From a bacterium (GTDB lineage Bacteria; Cyanobacteriota; Vampirovibrionia; Gastranaerophilales; JBAXKC01): DNA of 64,000 nucleotides. A model generated the notes under the pieces. The model saw only the letters and a list, made by a program, of their open reading frames with translations, was not told the DNA's origin and did no database searches. The position numbers and the translations under genes are program-made. Positions 42,077-51,608 of this stretch are shown here, piece after piece (the first letter of the stretch is position 1; the number at the start of each line of letters is the position of its first letter). The DNA lies in contig JBAXKC010000002.1 in the NCBI GenBank assembly GCA_037137535.1, forward strand, positions 85,186 to 149,185, written 5' to 3'.

Positions 42077-42212
42077 TTATTATTCATAATAATTTTAACT
42101 TTAAAGATGCTCTTTTTCAAACGTTGATTTATTCATAAATTTTTTTATACAAAAAAAGCCATCATAATGCTTTAACAAAAGATGGCTAATAGTTTTCTAT
42201 ATTGATTTTCAA

Positions 42213-42731
42213 TTAAGCTAAAACTTTTTTAACTGTGCCTACTATAGTTTCAATTGTAAAAGGTTTTACTATGAAATCAACTGCACCGTTATCATAAGCA
42301 TCTTGAATAAAGAATTTTTGCCCCATTGATGAGCAAATTACAACTTTAGCATCTTTATTTAACATTTTTATTTCTCTTAACGATTCAATACCACTTTTTT
42401 TAGGCATTGTAATATCAAGAATTACCATATCGGGAGAATGTTTTTGGTAAAGCTCTACAGCTGCCTCGCCGTCTGCTGCTTCTGCAACAACTAAATATCC
42501 GTTCTTTTTAAGAATAGTGGTTAAATATTGTCTCATAAATCTTGAATCATCAGCAATTAATACTCTTTTCATTGCAGATGGAGATTGTCCGCATGAAAAA
42601 TTAGTTTCTTCTTGCTCGTTAGACAAATTATGTGCTGTACAAATTTCATTCTCAGTAGTAACTAGAAGGTCTTTCTCTTTCTTCATATAGATTGAATCAT
42701 TGTCAAAGGAACTATTCTTCATAACGCTCAT
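42213..42731 (-). CDS. CheY-like single-domain response regulator with N-terminal extension
   Basis: LIADD, LDITMP, CSS, VKPF; about 50 extra N-terminal residues; start may be ATG 42722. Confidence 0.9.
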   Translation of the reverse strand: MSVMKNSSFDNDSIYMKKEKDLLVTTENEICTAHNLSNEQEETNFSCGQSPSAMKRVLIADDSRFMRQYLTTILKKNGYLVVAEAADGEAAVELYQKHSPDMVILDITMPKKSGIESLREIKMLNKDAKVVICSSMGQKFFIQDAYDNGAVDFIVKPFTIETIVGTVKKVLA

Positions 42732-43356
42732 CCTTCCTTAATATTCTATTTTTAGATTTACACTTAAACGATACAAACAACAGGTTAGTCAATTTACCCA
42801 GCTTTTCACTATTAAATGCTAAACTTGAAAGAAAATATTTATTATAATGTTAAAAAGTATTTACAAATTATAGAACATATTAGTGATTTTGTTAAGTCTT
42901 TTTTAAACTACTACCCAGTATATACTTTTTATATATATAATAAAACTTGTAAATAATGAAAATTGCCATTACATACCAAAATATTAAATAAAAGTTTACA
43001 ATTAAAATATCGGCGAATTTAGATTTAAAATCGTAGCCAAACCTTTTGTGCAGTTCTTAAAAGCTCTTTGATAGAATACCTACCTATTTTTTCTTTAAAA
43101 ATCAGGAGTTACGGAAAATTGTTTAAAAGCTAATTCTATTTGATTGTAGAGATGCCTGAACCCAAATAAATGCTATAACTAGTGTTTCGACAACGACTGC
43201 ATATATAAAGCCCTGGTTATTTATTCAAAAAACTGGAGTTTTATGCCAAATTTTCATAAAATTAGTGAAGCTGATTTTTTTTGAATCATACTTGGAATTT
43301 AAGGATATTTAAGTCAAAATTATGAAGTAGAAATCTAAATAACTTATTATAACAAT

Positions 43357-43393
43357 AAAAAAAGCAGGAACACTATAATAGGGTCCCTGCTTT
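43357..43393 (-). terminator. Intrinsic terminator after the 1421-aa RTX gene
   Basis: Minus strand AAAGCAGGGAC…GTTCCTGCTTTTTTT. Confidence 0.75.
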
Positions 43394-43408
43394 GGTTTTA
43401 GAATATAG

Positions 43409-46400
43409 TTAATTATGCCAACTCGATGAAATCATAGTCATAAGCTCGGGACTTCTTTGAACTTCATTTATATTAGTTATTTGAAAGTTATCCTTTACTG
43501 AATAGGCCGCCATTCCTTGAATTATATGATTTATATCATCATTTGTAACAAATTCACCTGTGCTTAATCCAATTTTTTCTATTTGATATTTAGGCTGTGA
43601 GAACCAGTTAACGATTTGCATTCCGTCATCGTTCCCATTAATGCCTAAAACAAGGGAATTACCGTCTTTCATTACTGAAAGATCATTTTTAGTAAGGCCC
43701 TGACCGAATTTAATTTCATCTGAACCATTATTATCAGTGATAGAGTCGAATCCATCACCTTTATTGAACAAATAAGTGTCATTTCCAAGATAGTCTTTTA
43801 CGATATCATAACCTTTTTTAAGATCATAAATATCGTCGCCGTTGCACCCGCTGAATTTATCATTTCCATCTGTACCGACTACTGTCTCGGTTATTGAAGG
43901 ATCATTTATTATATTATCTACATCTGTATTGGTTAATACACTTCCGTCCGCAAATTCAAAGCGTTCTATTTGAAAATTATTATAGCCATAGTCTTCTGAA
44001 AGATACCAACTATTAATAACTATACTATCATTAGAATTCTTTATATTTACCTTTATATCCTCTCCTTGCCTTGTGAACTCAACATCATTCTGAGTAATAG
44101 ACGGTCCAAATTTTAATATATCATTAAAACTACCACCACCCTCAGGAGTATCCGGGTCACTATCTGATATGTGATCATTACCGTCGCCTCTGTTGAATAT
44201 ATATGTATCATTACCGGATGCTCCTGATACATAATCATCGCCGGCACCGCCAATTAATGTATTATTTCCTTCATATCCCATAATAGTATCATTTCCTGCT
44301 CCACCGTCTAAATAGTCTGAGCCTCCTTCTTCAGGGTAGCCATGTGAAGTGTCAACACCGCCATCTAAATAATCATTACCTGCTAATCCATAAATAGTAT
44401 CATTCGACCAAGCTCCCGATAAATTATCGTTTCCTTCTGTTCCTATAACTGTAATTCCTTTTACTAATGAGTTAACGTCTGAACTTGATAAAGTGTCTCC
44501 ATTATCAAAAAGCAAGTTTTCTATTTTCCACCCATAATCCCAATTATTTATAGTTATTTTATTACTGGAATTTTTAATATTTATAACTAAATCAAGAGGT
44601 TCTTGAGCTATAAACTCAAGATCGTCTTTGTTAATACCGATTCCAAATTTTAATGTATCAGTACCGTCTTGATCCTGTATAAAATCTTGACCGTCTCCTT
44701 TATTAAACACATAAGTATCATTGCCGGATGAATCATAAATAAGGTCGTTGCCCTTAGCGCCTATTAAAGTGTCGTTTCCAGCATAACCATAAATATAATC
44801 AGCTATATCAGAACCGACAAGAAGATCATTACCATTAGTTCCTTTTATAATATTAACTACCAAATTTTCAATATCTTGACTGCTAAGGATGCTTCCGTCA
44901 ACAAATTCAAATTTTTCAATAGTAGTTTCATTAAACTCCGGTGAATAGAAATGATTTTTAACTATAATTTGGTCAGTAGAATTATTAAATTTAATAAGAA
45001 GAGAATTATCATGCCTAATAAAGGTTAAATCATTTGTTGTTATTCCGTCACCAAATTTTAAAGTATCATTACTTGGAAAATCATAATCATCAGCGTCATA
45101 AATCACATCCTGACCGTCGCCTTTGTTAAAGATATAAGTGTCGTTTCCGTCACCGCCGTAAAGGGTATCATTGCCTGTATTTCCTTCTATAGTGTCATTA
45201 TACGTTTCATGACCGTTAACGTCATCTCCGTAAATTATGTCGTCATCATCACCACCTGATAAGAAATCATTTCCTGAGTTGCCAACCAAGTAGTCATTGC
45301 CGCCTTTACCGTATATGACATTGTTTTTTTCATTTCCGATAATTGTATCAGCATTATCCGTACCGACAGCTATAGAAAGCATATCTATTTTAGTTCCGTC
45401 ATCAAATTCTAATACTTCTACCCCTGCTGCATATGATTCAGGTAAATTGTCAAATTGCGAAGATACGGTGATTTTATCGTTCGTATTTTTTATAGTTATT
45501 TCCAAATCCAGATTAGATACACCTTCTTTGCTCAGGTCAAGTTGATCAAGTGTAATACCGGGACCAAATTTTATTGTATCAACCCCACTTCGGGCAACAT
45601 CATCAATAATATCTTGTCCGTCACCTTGGTTGAAGATGTAAGTATCGCTTCCCTCACCGCCATAAATGGTGTCGTTGCCTTTTTTACCCTGAATAGTATT
45701 ATCAAACCAATTGGAATCTATAACATCGTTTCCGTCTGTTCCGACAAAAGTTTTTTGAACCATATTTTCTATATCTGTGTCTGTTAAAATTGTGCCGTCT
45801 GAAAATTGAAATGTTTCAATTTTATTATCGCCAAATTCACTGGGTGCCCAATCTTTCATAGTTATTTTATCATTAGTGTTTTTTATGCTGATAACCATGT
45901 CATTATCTGATGTAGTAGCCATAATATCATCGGGGAAAATGCCTTTAAACTTTATAGAGTCATTGTTGCCACCGGCTCCACCGATTCCGTCAATATAATC
46001 ATAAATCACATCCTGACCATCTCCCAAATCAAATTGATAAATGTCATCTCCGGTACCACCAAACAGAGTGTCATTACCTAATTGACCAATTAAGTAGTCA
46101 TCTCCATTTAAGCTAATGCTATCGTAAAAAGCATCACCATAAATAAGATCATCACCATCTCCACCACCTATTGTATCGTTACCGAGATTTCCAATAAGCG
46201 TATCATTGCCACCGAGTCCGTATATAATATCATTTCCTGCCAATCCGTCTATAGAATTAGCGTTATTGTCGTCGTATAGGACATCATCGCCGTTTGTCGG
46301 AGTATTATTATTAACAATATTGTCTATCTCACCACTTGTAATAGATGAACCATCCGCAAAAATAAATGTTTCTATTTTTGCATTAGCCACTTGAGGATCA

Positions 46401-47674
46401 TACCAATTTTTAATAGTAATTTTATCTGTACTGTTATTAAATGTAACTATTAAACCGCTACCGTCTTTAGTATATATAAGGCTGTCTTTAGTTATGTCTG
46501 CACCAAATTTCATTACATCTTGAGTGCTTGGGTTTGCATAGTAATTTGTGCTTAGAATTCCTGAATCCGAAATGGTATCTTGACCGTCGCCCCTATTAAA
46601 ATTATAAATATCGTTTCCCTGTATATCAAAGATAGTGTCGTTGCCTTTTCCGCCCGTTATGGTGTCATCTTTAAAAGAGCCTTCTAAATTATCATCGCCG
46701 TCTGTACCTACAACAGCTTTACCTTTAATAAGGCTGTCAATTTCTTCGCTGTTTAGAGAAGTTCCGTTTATAGTAAACTCCATTCGTTCAATATTATGAT
46801 GAGATTCATAATCGCCCCAATCTTCAACAAATATCTCGTCATAAGAATTTTTTAAGCCGATTTTAAGCGAGGTTAGTTCAGGTGTAAATATAAGGTCACC
46901 TGCTGTTACGGGGAAAAATCTCAAAGTATCAATATCATTAGGTCCACCCAAGCCGAAATCTAATATATAATCATTGCCGTCGCCTCTGGTATAAACGTAA
47001 GTGGTATTTCCCAAAGATCCAAATAATGAATCATTCCCTAAGCCGCCTATAAGAGTACCGTCATCAGTTCCGCCCGGAATTGCGGTTGAAGAAATAAGAG
47101 TATCATCTCCATCTCCACCATATAAAATATCAGCTCCTTGATCGCCATATAATTCATCATTTCCACCAAAGCCAAATATTATATCATTACCGCCTAGTCC
47201 GTGAATCGTATTCGGTGAATCATTACCGAATAGTAGATCATTACCTTCTGTATGTGGGTTTGTTATGTGTCTTAATACGTCATCAGGTGTTAATAACTGC
47301 CCATCAGATAAAACAATGTTTTCAATTTGATATTTAGGCAGCAACCAATTAACTAAAAGCATTCCATCTTCAGTTCCTTTTATTTTAATTGATAAGGAGC
47401 TGTCACAGACCGTTGTAAATTCAAGATTATCAAGTGTAATTCCTTGACCGAAAACTACTTTATCAAAACCGTTATTATCTGTAATTTCGTCGAATCCGTC
47501 ACCTAAGTTGTATAAATAGGTGTCATCACCGCAATAATCTTTTACAGAGTCATCACCACCTTTTAACTCATAAACATCGTTGCCGTTTTGACCGACTATA
47601 ACATCTCTTCCATTTGTCCCGATAATTGTATTAGTAGGTTCATTTACCTGATTTAAATCAATGTTGCTTGCCAT
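43409..47674 (-). CDS. RTX calcium-binding repeat protein, probable type I secretion substrate
   Basis: Many GGxGxD nonapeptides alternating with YxFxxGDGxDxI…IExFxFxDG haemolysin-type Ca-binding-related modules; C-terminal IIQGMAAY…SSSWHN tail. Confidence 0.92.
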   Translation of the reverse strand: MASNIDLNQVNEPTNTIIGTNGRDVIVGQNGNDVYELKGGDDSVKDYCGDDTYLYNLGDGFDEITDNNGFDKVVFGQGITLDNLEFTTVCDSSLSIKIKGTEDGMLLVNWLLPKYQIENIVLSDGQLLTPDDVLRHITNPHTEGNDLLFGNDSPNTIHGLGGNDIIFGFGGNDELYGDQGADILYGGDGDDTLISSTAIPGGTDDGTLIGGLGNDSLFGSLGNTTYVYTRGDGNDYILDFGLGGPNDIDTLRFFPVTAGDLIFTPELTSLKIGLKNSYDEIFVEDWGDYESHHNIERMEFTINGTSLNSEEIDSLIKGKAVVGTDGDDNLEGSFKDDTITGGKGNDTIFDIQGNDIYNFNRGDGQDTISDSGILSTNYYANPSTQDVMKFGADITKDSLIYTKDGSGLIVTFNNSTDKITIKNWYDPQVANAKIETFIFADGSSITSGEIDNIVNNNTPTNGDDVLYDDNNANSIDGLAGNDIIYGLGGNDTLIGNLGNDTIGGGDGDDLIYGDAFYDSISLNGDDYLIGQLGNDTLFGGTGDDIYQFDLGDGQDVIYDYIDGIGGAGGNNDSIKFKGIFPDDIMATTSDNDMVISIKNTNDKITMKDWAPSEFGDNKIETFQFSDGTILTDTDIENMVQKTFVGTDGNDVIDSNWFDNTIQGKKGNDTIYGGEGSDTYIFNQGDGQDIIDDVARSGVDTIKFGPGITLDQLDLSKEGVSNLDLEITIKNTNDKITVSSQFDNLPESYAAGVEVLEFDDGTKIDMLSIAVGTDNADTIIGNEKNNVIYGKGGNDYLVGNSGNDFLSGGDDDDIIYGDDVNGHETYNDTIEGNTGNDTLYGGDGNDTYIFNKGDGQDVIYDADDYDFPSNDTLKFGDGITTNDLTFIRHDNSLLIKFNNSTDQIIVKNHFYSPEFNETTIEKFEFVDGSILSSQDIENLVVNIIKGTNGNDLLVGSDIADYIYGYAGNDTLIGAKGNDLIYDSSGNDTYVFNKGDGQDFIQDQDGTDTLKFGIGINKDDLEFIAQEPLDLVINIKNSSNKITINNWDYGWKIENLLFDNGDTLSSSDVNSLVKGITVIGTEGNDNLSGAWSNDTIYGLAGNDYLDGGVDTSHGYPEEGGSDYLDGGAGNDTIMGYEGNNTLIGGAGDDYVSGASGNDTYIFNRGDGNDHISDSDPDTPEGGGSFNDILKFGPSITQNDVEFTRQGEDIKVNIKNSNDSIVINSWYLSEDYGYNNFQIERFEFADGSVLTNTDVDNIINDPSITETVVGTDGNDKFSGCNGDDIYDLKKGYDIVKDYLGNDTYLFNKGDGFDSITDNNGSDEIKFGQGLTKNDLSVMKDGNSLVLGINGNDDGMQIVNWFSQPKYQIEKIGLSTGEFVTNDDINHIIQGMAAYSVKDNFQITNINEVQRSPELMTMISSSWHN

Positions 47675-47773
47675 GAAAATACCCCTTCACAAAGTTAAAA
47701 CTTATAGTAATTGATTTGTCATAACTGAAAGAATATTTTATATTTAACTTAAGCAAATTAACTCCCCTAGTAG

Positions 47774-48207
47774 GCATTTAAAAAGTTATTTCAAGATATT
47801 GAAACAGGTGAGGTTGATATAGTTGTTGTTTACAAAGTTACCAGTAGAATTAAAAGGTGAAACAAAAGACCAAGTTATTATTACTAAAGAAATTAGACTA
47901 TCTTCAACCTCTAAAAACGGTAGTATATAGATAATCACATATTACGATAATTAAAGTTATAGCTAAAAGTTATTACTGGAATAAACTTCTGCTTTTAAAA
48001 GATATTCATAACAGTACAGGTATAAAGCAAATAGACATAGAATATGCTAAAAGCGATATCAAATATATTCTTAACCTAAGATTTCTTGCTCCGCATATTG
48101 TAGAATAAATCTTAAACAGAACTCAACCCAAAGATTTAACTGTTAAAAAGCATTTTTAGCTAGGAACTTTAGACTGAGAAAAACAAAGGAAAATACTTAG
48201 CTACTAA
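47774..48207 (+). pseudogene. Decayed large serine recombinase (internal deletion, frameshifts, stops)
   Basis: AFKKLFQDIETGEVDIVVVYKV (resolvase catalytic domain just before DRL), followed closely by IIKVIAKSYYWNKLL…ILNLRFLAPHIVE*ILNRTQPKDLTV…LD*EKQRKIL (C-terminal tail of such recombinases). Confidence 0.8.
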
Positions 48208-48627
48208 TTTTACAGTTATAATATTATTTAACTCAGCTTATTTAAACTAGCTGTGTTTTTTATTTTCTCCATTCGTGCGGCCACCCGAAAAAAAGCGAAA
48301 GGATAATTTTCTGCTATTTAAACGAAATTTTTTTTGTTTAGCTGGTTACTTATTCTCCAAAAGTAAAAATAGACCGCACTGTGGGCGATTAGCTTTATTT
48401 ATAGATACTTTTGTTTTTTTAAAGACTAAAAATAGGAGAATGAAGTCTTAACAGCATTATTCTCTTTATATATTTTTTAAAAATTCCCTATAAATTGGGA
48501 AATTATAGTTGTTTTTGTCAGTTTTATTCAACAATAATCTATATTTTAGCTAAAAATAGATGAAAATAACAGGGAATTGTATTTTATAAAGGTTGCTAAG
48601 GATTTGTAATTTTAAGATAGTATTAGT

Positions 48628-49008
48628 TTAATTATTACTCAAGTATTCTTCAGTAAAATTTATAAACTCTTAAGCATGTTCAATTTCTATTTTTGCTTCT
48701 TCATTTGAAATAGTTGTAACCGTATCATAATCAGCTATATTTCTGAGGTTTTGTCCATCTATTAAATAACGATGAAAAGGTATAGGAATTTTACCTGTTT
48801 TTATAAAATCACTTCAAAAAGCAGAAATCACAGCAGAATGCTTAGAATAATTAAAATCATTATTTAATAGAATAGATTCAGCGAGATAAAACATTGAATA
48901 ATAAGTTCTTGAAACGGCAAAAGCATATAATTCTGAATCGTATAAAGCTTTTGCACCTTTTAAACTGTCTTATGCTTTAATTAAAAGATGTAATTGTTCT
49001 TCCATCAT
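48628..49008 (-). pseudogene. HEPN-domain toxin pseudogene (127 codons, 3 in-frame stops)
   Basis: MMEEQLHLLIKA*DSLKGAKALYDSELYAFAVSRTYYSMFY…SKHSAVISAF*SDFIKTGKI…LRNIADY…EHA*EFI; stops at 48970-72, 48814-16, 48670-72; ATGA overlap with the MNT gene. Confidence 0.88.
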
Positions 49009-49328
49009 AAAATAACGCCTTCTTTTCTAATATTTAAAAGAAGTGGGCTTTTTTCGTTTAAATATCTTTTTTCAGAAACAAAAACACATGAAATCACTTC
49101 ATTAAATTCAAGTGATAATGAACTAATTAGATCATTAATTAGTCGAAGTTCTTTCACTACATTTAATTCTTCATCTTTTAAAACAATCAAAACATCAATA
49201 TCAGAACCTTGTACGGCTTCATTCCTTGCTTGAGAACCAAAAAGAACAAGATCAGATAATCTGTTCTGATATAAATCGTTTATTTGGTTTTTAAGTAAAG
49301 TAGTGATTTTTTTAATTTTACTATTCAT
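49005..49328 (-). CDS. Minimal nucleotidyltransferase (MNT) antitoxin
   Basis: LVLFGSQARNEAVQGSDIDVLIV…NIRKEGV; directly upstream of the HEPN remnant. Confidence 0.9.
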   Translation of the reverse strand: MNSKIKKITTLLKNQINDLYQNRLSDLVLFGSQARNEAVQGSDIDVLIVLKDEELNVVKELRLINDLISSLSLEFNEVISCVFVSEKRYLNEKSPLLLNIRKEGVIL

Positions 49329-49393
49329 AGCTTTTGAACTTTAACTTATTAAAATTGATTATTATAAAGTAAATTTAGCAATTATAAAATAGC

Positions 49394-49504
49394 GGAATCT
49401 TATTTATTTTAACTGCTGGCTTTTTTGGACTTGGGCTTATTATTGACTTCATAAATATAGTAGGCGGAAATTTTAAAGACAATTGCGGTTTACCGTTAAG
49501 ATAA
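49394..49504 (+). pseudogene. 3' remnant of a TM2-domain membrane protein gene
   Basis: GILFILTAGFFGLGLIIDFINIVGGNFKDNCGLPLR*; no start codon, in-frame TAA at 49385-87; followed by its own terminator. Confidence 0.6.
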
Positions 49505-49527
49505 ACTATAAATAAGTTAATTTATAT

Positions 49528-49561
49528 GACCTCAGAGTAAGTTTTATTCTGAGGTTTTTTT
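49528..49561 (+). terminator. Intrinsic terminator
   Basis: GACCTCAGAGTAA-gtt-TTATTCTGAGGTT followed by a T run. Confidence 0.75.
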
Positions 49562-50130
49562 ATGACTTTTGAATAATCAATATATTAAAAAGACAAAAAG
49601 ATTAACCCATACTTTAATCAAGATTATTATTGGTTGCTTTATTATATAGTATTGAAAAAATAGGATTAAGTACAGGCAGATTTATTACAAAAGCTAATAT
49701 AAATCATATAATTTAAGTGCTCTTTATAGTTATTAATCTTACGTCAGTCACAAAAAACTATTTATCTTCATTTAAATAGCTCAAACCCTACATATCCACA
49801 AGACAGAAAAAGATATCCTGTCAAGACATCAAAAAATATATTAATTTTCATTAAGTTAAATTTAATGCATTTAATGAATGCTTTAAAGTGCTTTTATTAC
49901 TACATTATAGGCAATCAATAAGCATTTAAGGATTTATTGAAATTAATACAGGAAATCGAATTTTTATTGTTATGACTTGGCTATTATTATAATTGTAATT
50001 AAATAATTATTTTGTAAATTTTTTTTACAGTGAATCAAGTGTTAAGGTCACTATGTTTTAATATAAATGAGTGAAGAAGAATAAAGTATCATTTTATATA
50101 AAACATAGACGTTTTATTGAAAGAGGAAAA

Positions 50131-50241
50131 ATGAGCAGTTCAGAAGAAAAAGATTATAAGTATTATTTAGAACAAGGACTTTTATTCCTACAAAATCAAG
50201 ATTATGATTTAATACTTATAAAGTTTGGAATGAAATTATGA
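50131..50241 (+). CDS. 36-aa ORF (TPR-like start or gene remnant) overlapping the next gene
   Basis: AGAGGA RBS; MSSSEEKDYKYYLEQGLLFLQNQDYDLILIKFGMKL*; TGA overlaps ATG 50238 (ATGA). Confidence 0.4.
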   Translation: MSSSEEKDYKYYLEQGLLFLQNQDYDLILIKFGMKL

Positions 50242-51608
50242 GGTTTAACGTGGATAAAGAAAAATCAAAAAATGATAATTCCTTTAAAAAAAGAATAACT
50301 ATATTTTTACTTGTATCAATTTCAGCTTGTATGCTTTTGCCAACTGTTCTGTTTAATATTTATTTTTTTTCAGCTAGATACAATTTAAATAATGAACATC
50401 AAGATGAAAGTTTTAAAATTGCTAAGAATATAATTTATTTAAATAAAAATTTCAACTTTTTAACAGGCCATCAATTAATTCAAACTTATAAACTTATTAT
50501 TGAGATAAAATCTTCGCCTACATTATGGCTAAATAGAATAACGGAACCTAATTCCATATATTACAAAATAAATAATTACTTAACAAATGAATTAACGGAA
50601 AATAGGATTAATAAAATTACGAAATACGAATCAGTTATTAACAAATTCTATTTCTATGTTGATTTGGCACATTATTATAGTTCAATAAACCACTATAAAA
50701 AAGCTATTAAATATTATAGACAAGCACTAACAATTTATGAACTAAATAAACCTGAATTTAATAAAAGTATTAATGAATCCTCTATATGCAATTTATATTC
50801 AGATATAGGAATATTAAATTTGCGATTTGGAAGGTATCAAGAGGCAAAATACTATTTACTAAGTTTTTTAAATTTAACGAAACAAAAACCAAAAGATATA
50901 TATGAAATATATCATTATTTAGGATTTATATATTTGCAAGAAAAAAATTATACAAAAGCAAAAGACTATTTAAAAAAAGCAAAGGAAACGGCTTCCCTTC
51001 ACTGGAGTAATACTTCAAAAAATGATATTTTCTATGATAAAAATCAAGCTAAGGATATTTTAAATTATTATAACAGGCAGATTGCTTTACTTTATATTCA
51101 AAAGAACGAAATTGAAAAAGCAAAAGCTATATTGAAAGCATTGAGCTCAAATAATTCAAGTTGTTCGTATAAAGGTTATACTCCTTTTTCAATAACGTCA
51201 TCTGATTGTGCATATGAAGAAAAAGGGCTTCTTTATGAACATATAAATAAATATGGAGAAGCTAAAAAATATTATAAAAAAGCCTTAAATAGTTTAAAAA
51301 AAGACACGAGTATGAAACCCTTTTATAGTGAAGAAGAAAGTAATCGTTTAGTTAATTTAGCTAGAGTTGAATATTATCAATATCAATATCAAATTTCATT
51401 AAAATATGCGAAAGAAGCTTATCTTTTAAATAAAAAGTTATTAGGATTAGAACATCCTGAAACAATATGTTCAGCTTATCAATTAAATAAAACATTGAAG
51501 CATATTGATAAAAAAGAAAATATTAATTTAAAAGAAATAAATAAAATTGTTAGTTTCTCTAGGAATATAGAGAACTTATGTTTGCCCATAAATAGGAGGT
51601 TTTATTAA
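50238..51608 (+). CDS. Membrane-anchored tetratricopeptide-repeat protein
   Basis: One N-terminal TM segment; TPR motifs (LAHYY…KAIKYYRQAL, LGFIY…AKDYLKKA, LLGLEHPET); stop overlaps the RTX start (TAATG). Confidence 0.85.
   Translation: MRFNVDKEKSKNDNSFKKRITIFLLVSISACMLLPTVLFNIYFFSARYNLNNEHQDESFKIAKNIIYLNKNFNFLTGHQLIQTYKLIIEIKSSPTLWLNRITEPNSIYYKINNYLTNELTENRINKITKYESVINKFYFYVDLAHYYSSINHYKKAIKYYRQALTIYELNKPEFNKSINESSICNLYSDIGILNLRFGRYQEAKYYLLSFLNLTKQKPKDIYEIYHYLGFIYLQEKNYTKAKDYLKKAKETASLHWSNTSKNDIFYDKNQAKDILNYYNRQIALLYIQKNEIEKAKAILKALSSNNSSCSYKGYTPFSITSSDCAYEEKGLLYEHINKYGEAKKYYKKALNSLKKDTSMKPFYSEEESNRLVNLARVEYYQYQYQISLKYAKEAYLLNKKLLGLEHPETICSAYQLNKTLKHIDKKENINLKEINKIVSFSRNIENLCLPINRRFY

Noticed and set aside
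42732-43350. 600-bp intergenic region as possible c-di-GMP riboswitch or pseudogene
   Set aside because: No riboswitch consensus or recognisable protein motif in the frames read by eye; needs Rfam and blastx.
7324-46394. Numerous 60-120 aa ORFs overlapping longer genes (e.g. 7324, 12196, 13113, 17483, 25596, 27498, 28047, 34070, 39710, 45297)
   Set aside because: Opposite-strand or off-frame shadows of well-supported genes, with no motifs or RBS.
48628-49008. Stop-codon reassignment or read-through as an explanation for the HEPN stops
   Set aside because: Both TAA and TGA are involved and both act as normal stops throughout the window; neighbouring pseudogenes indicate decay.
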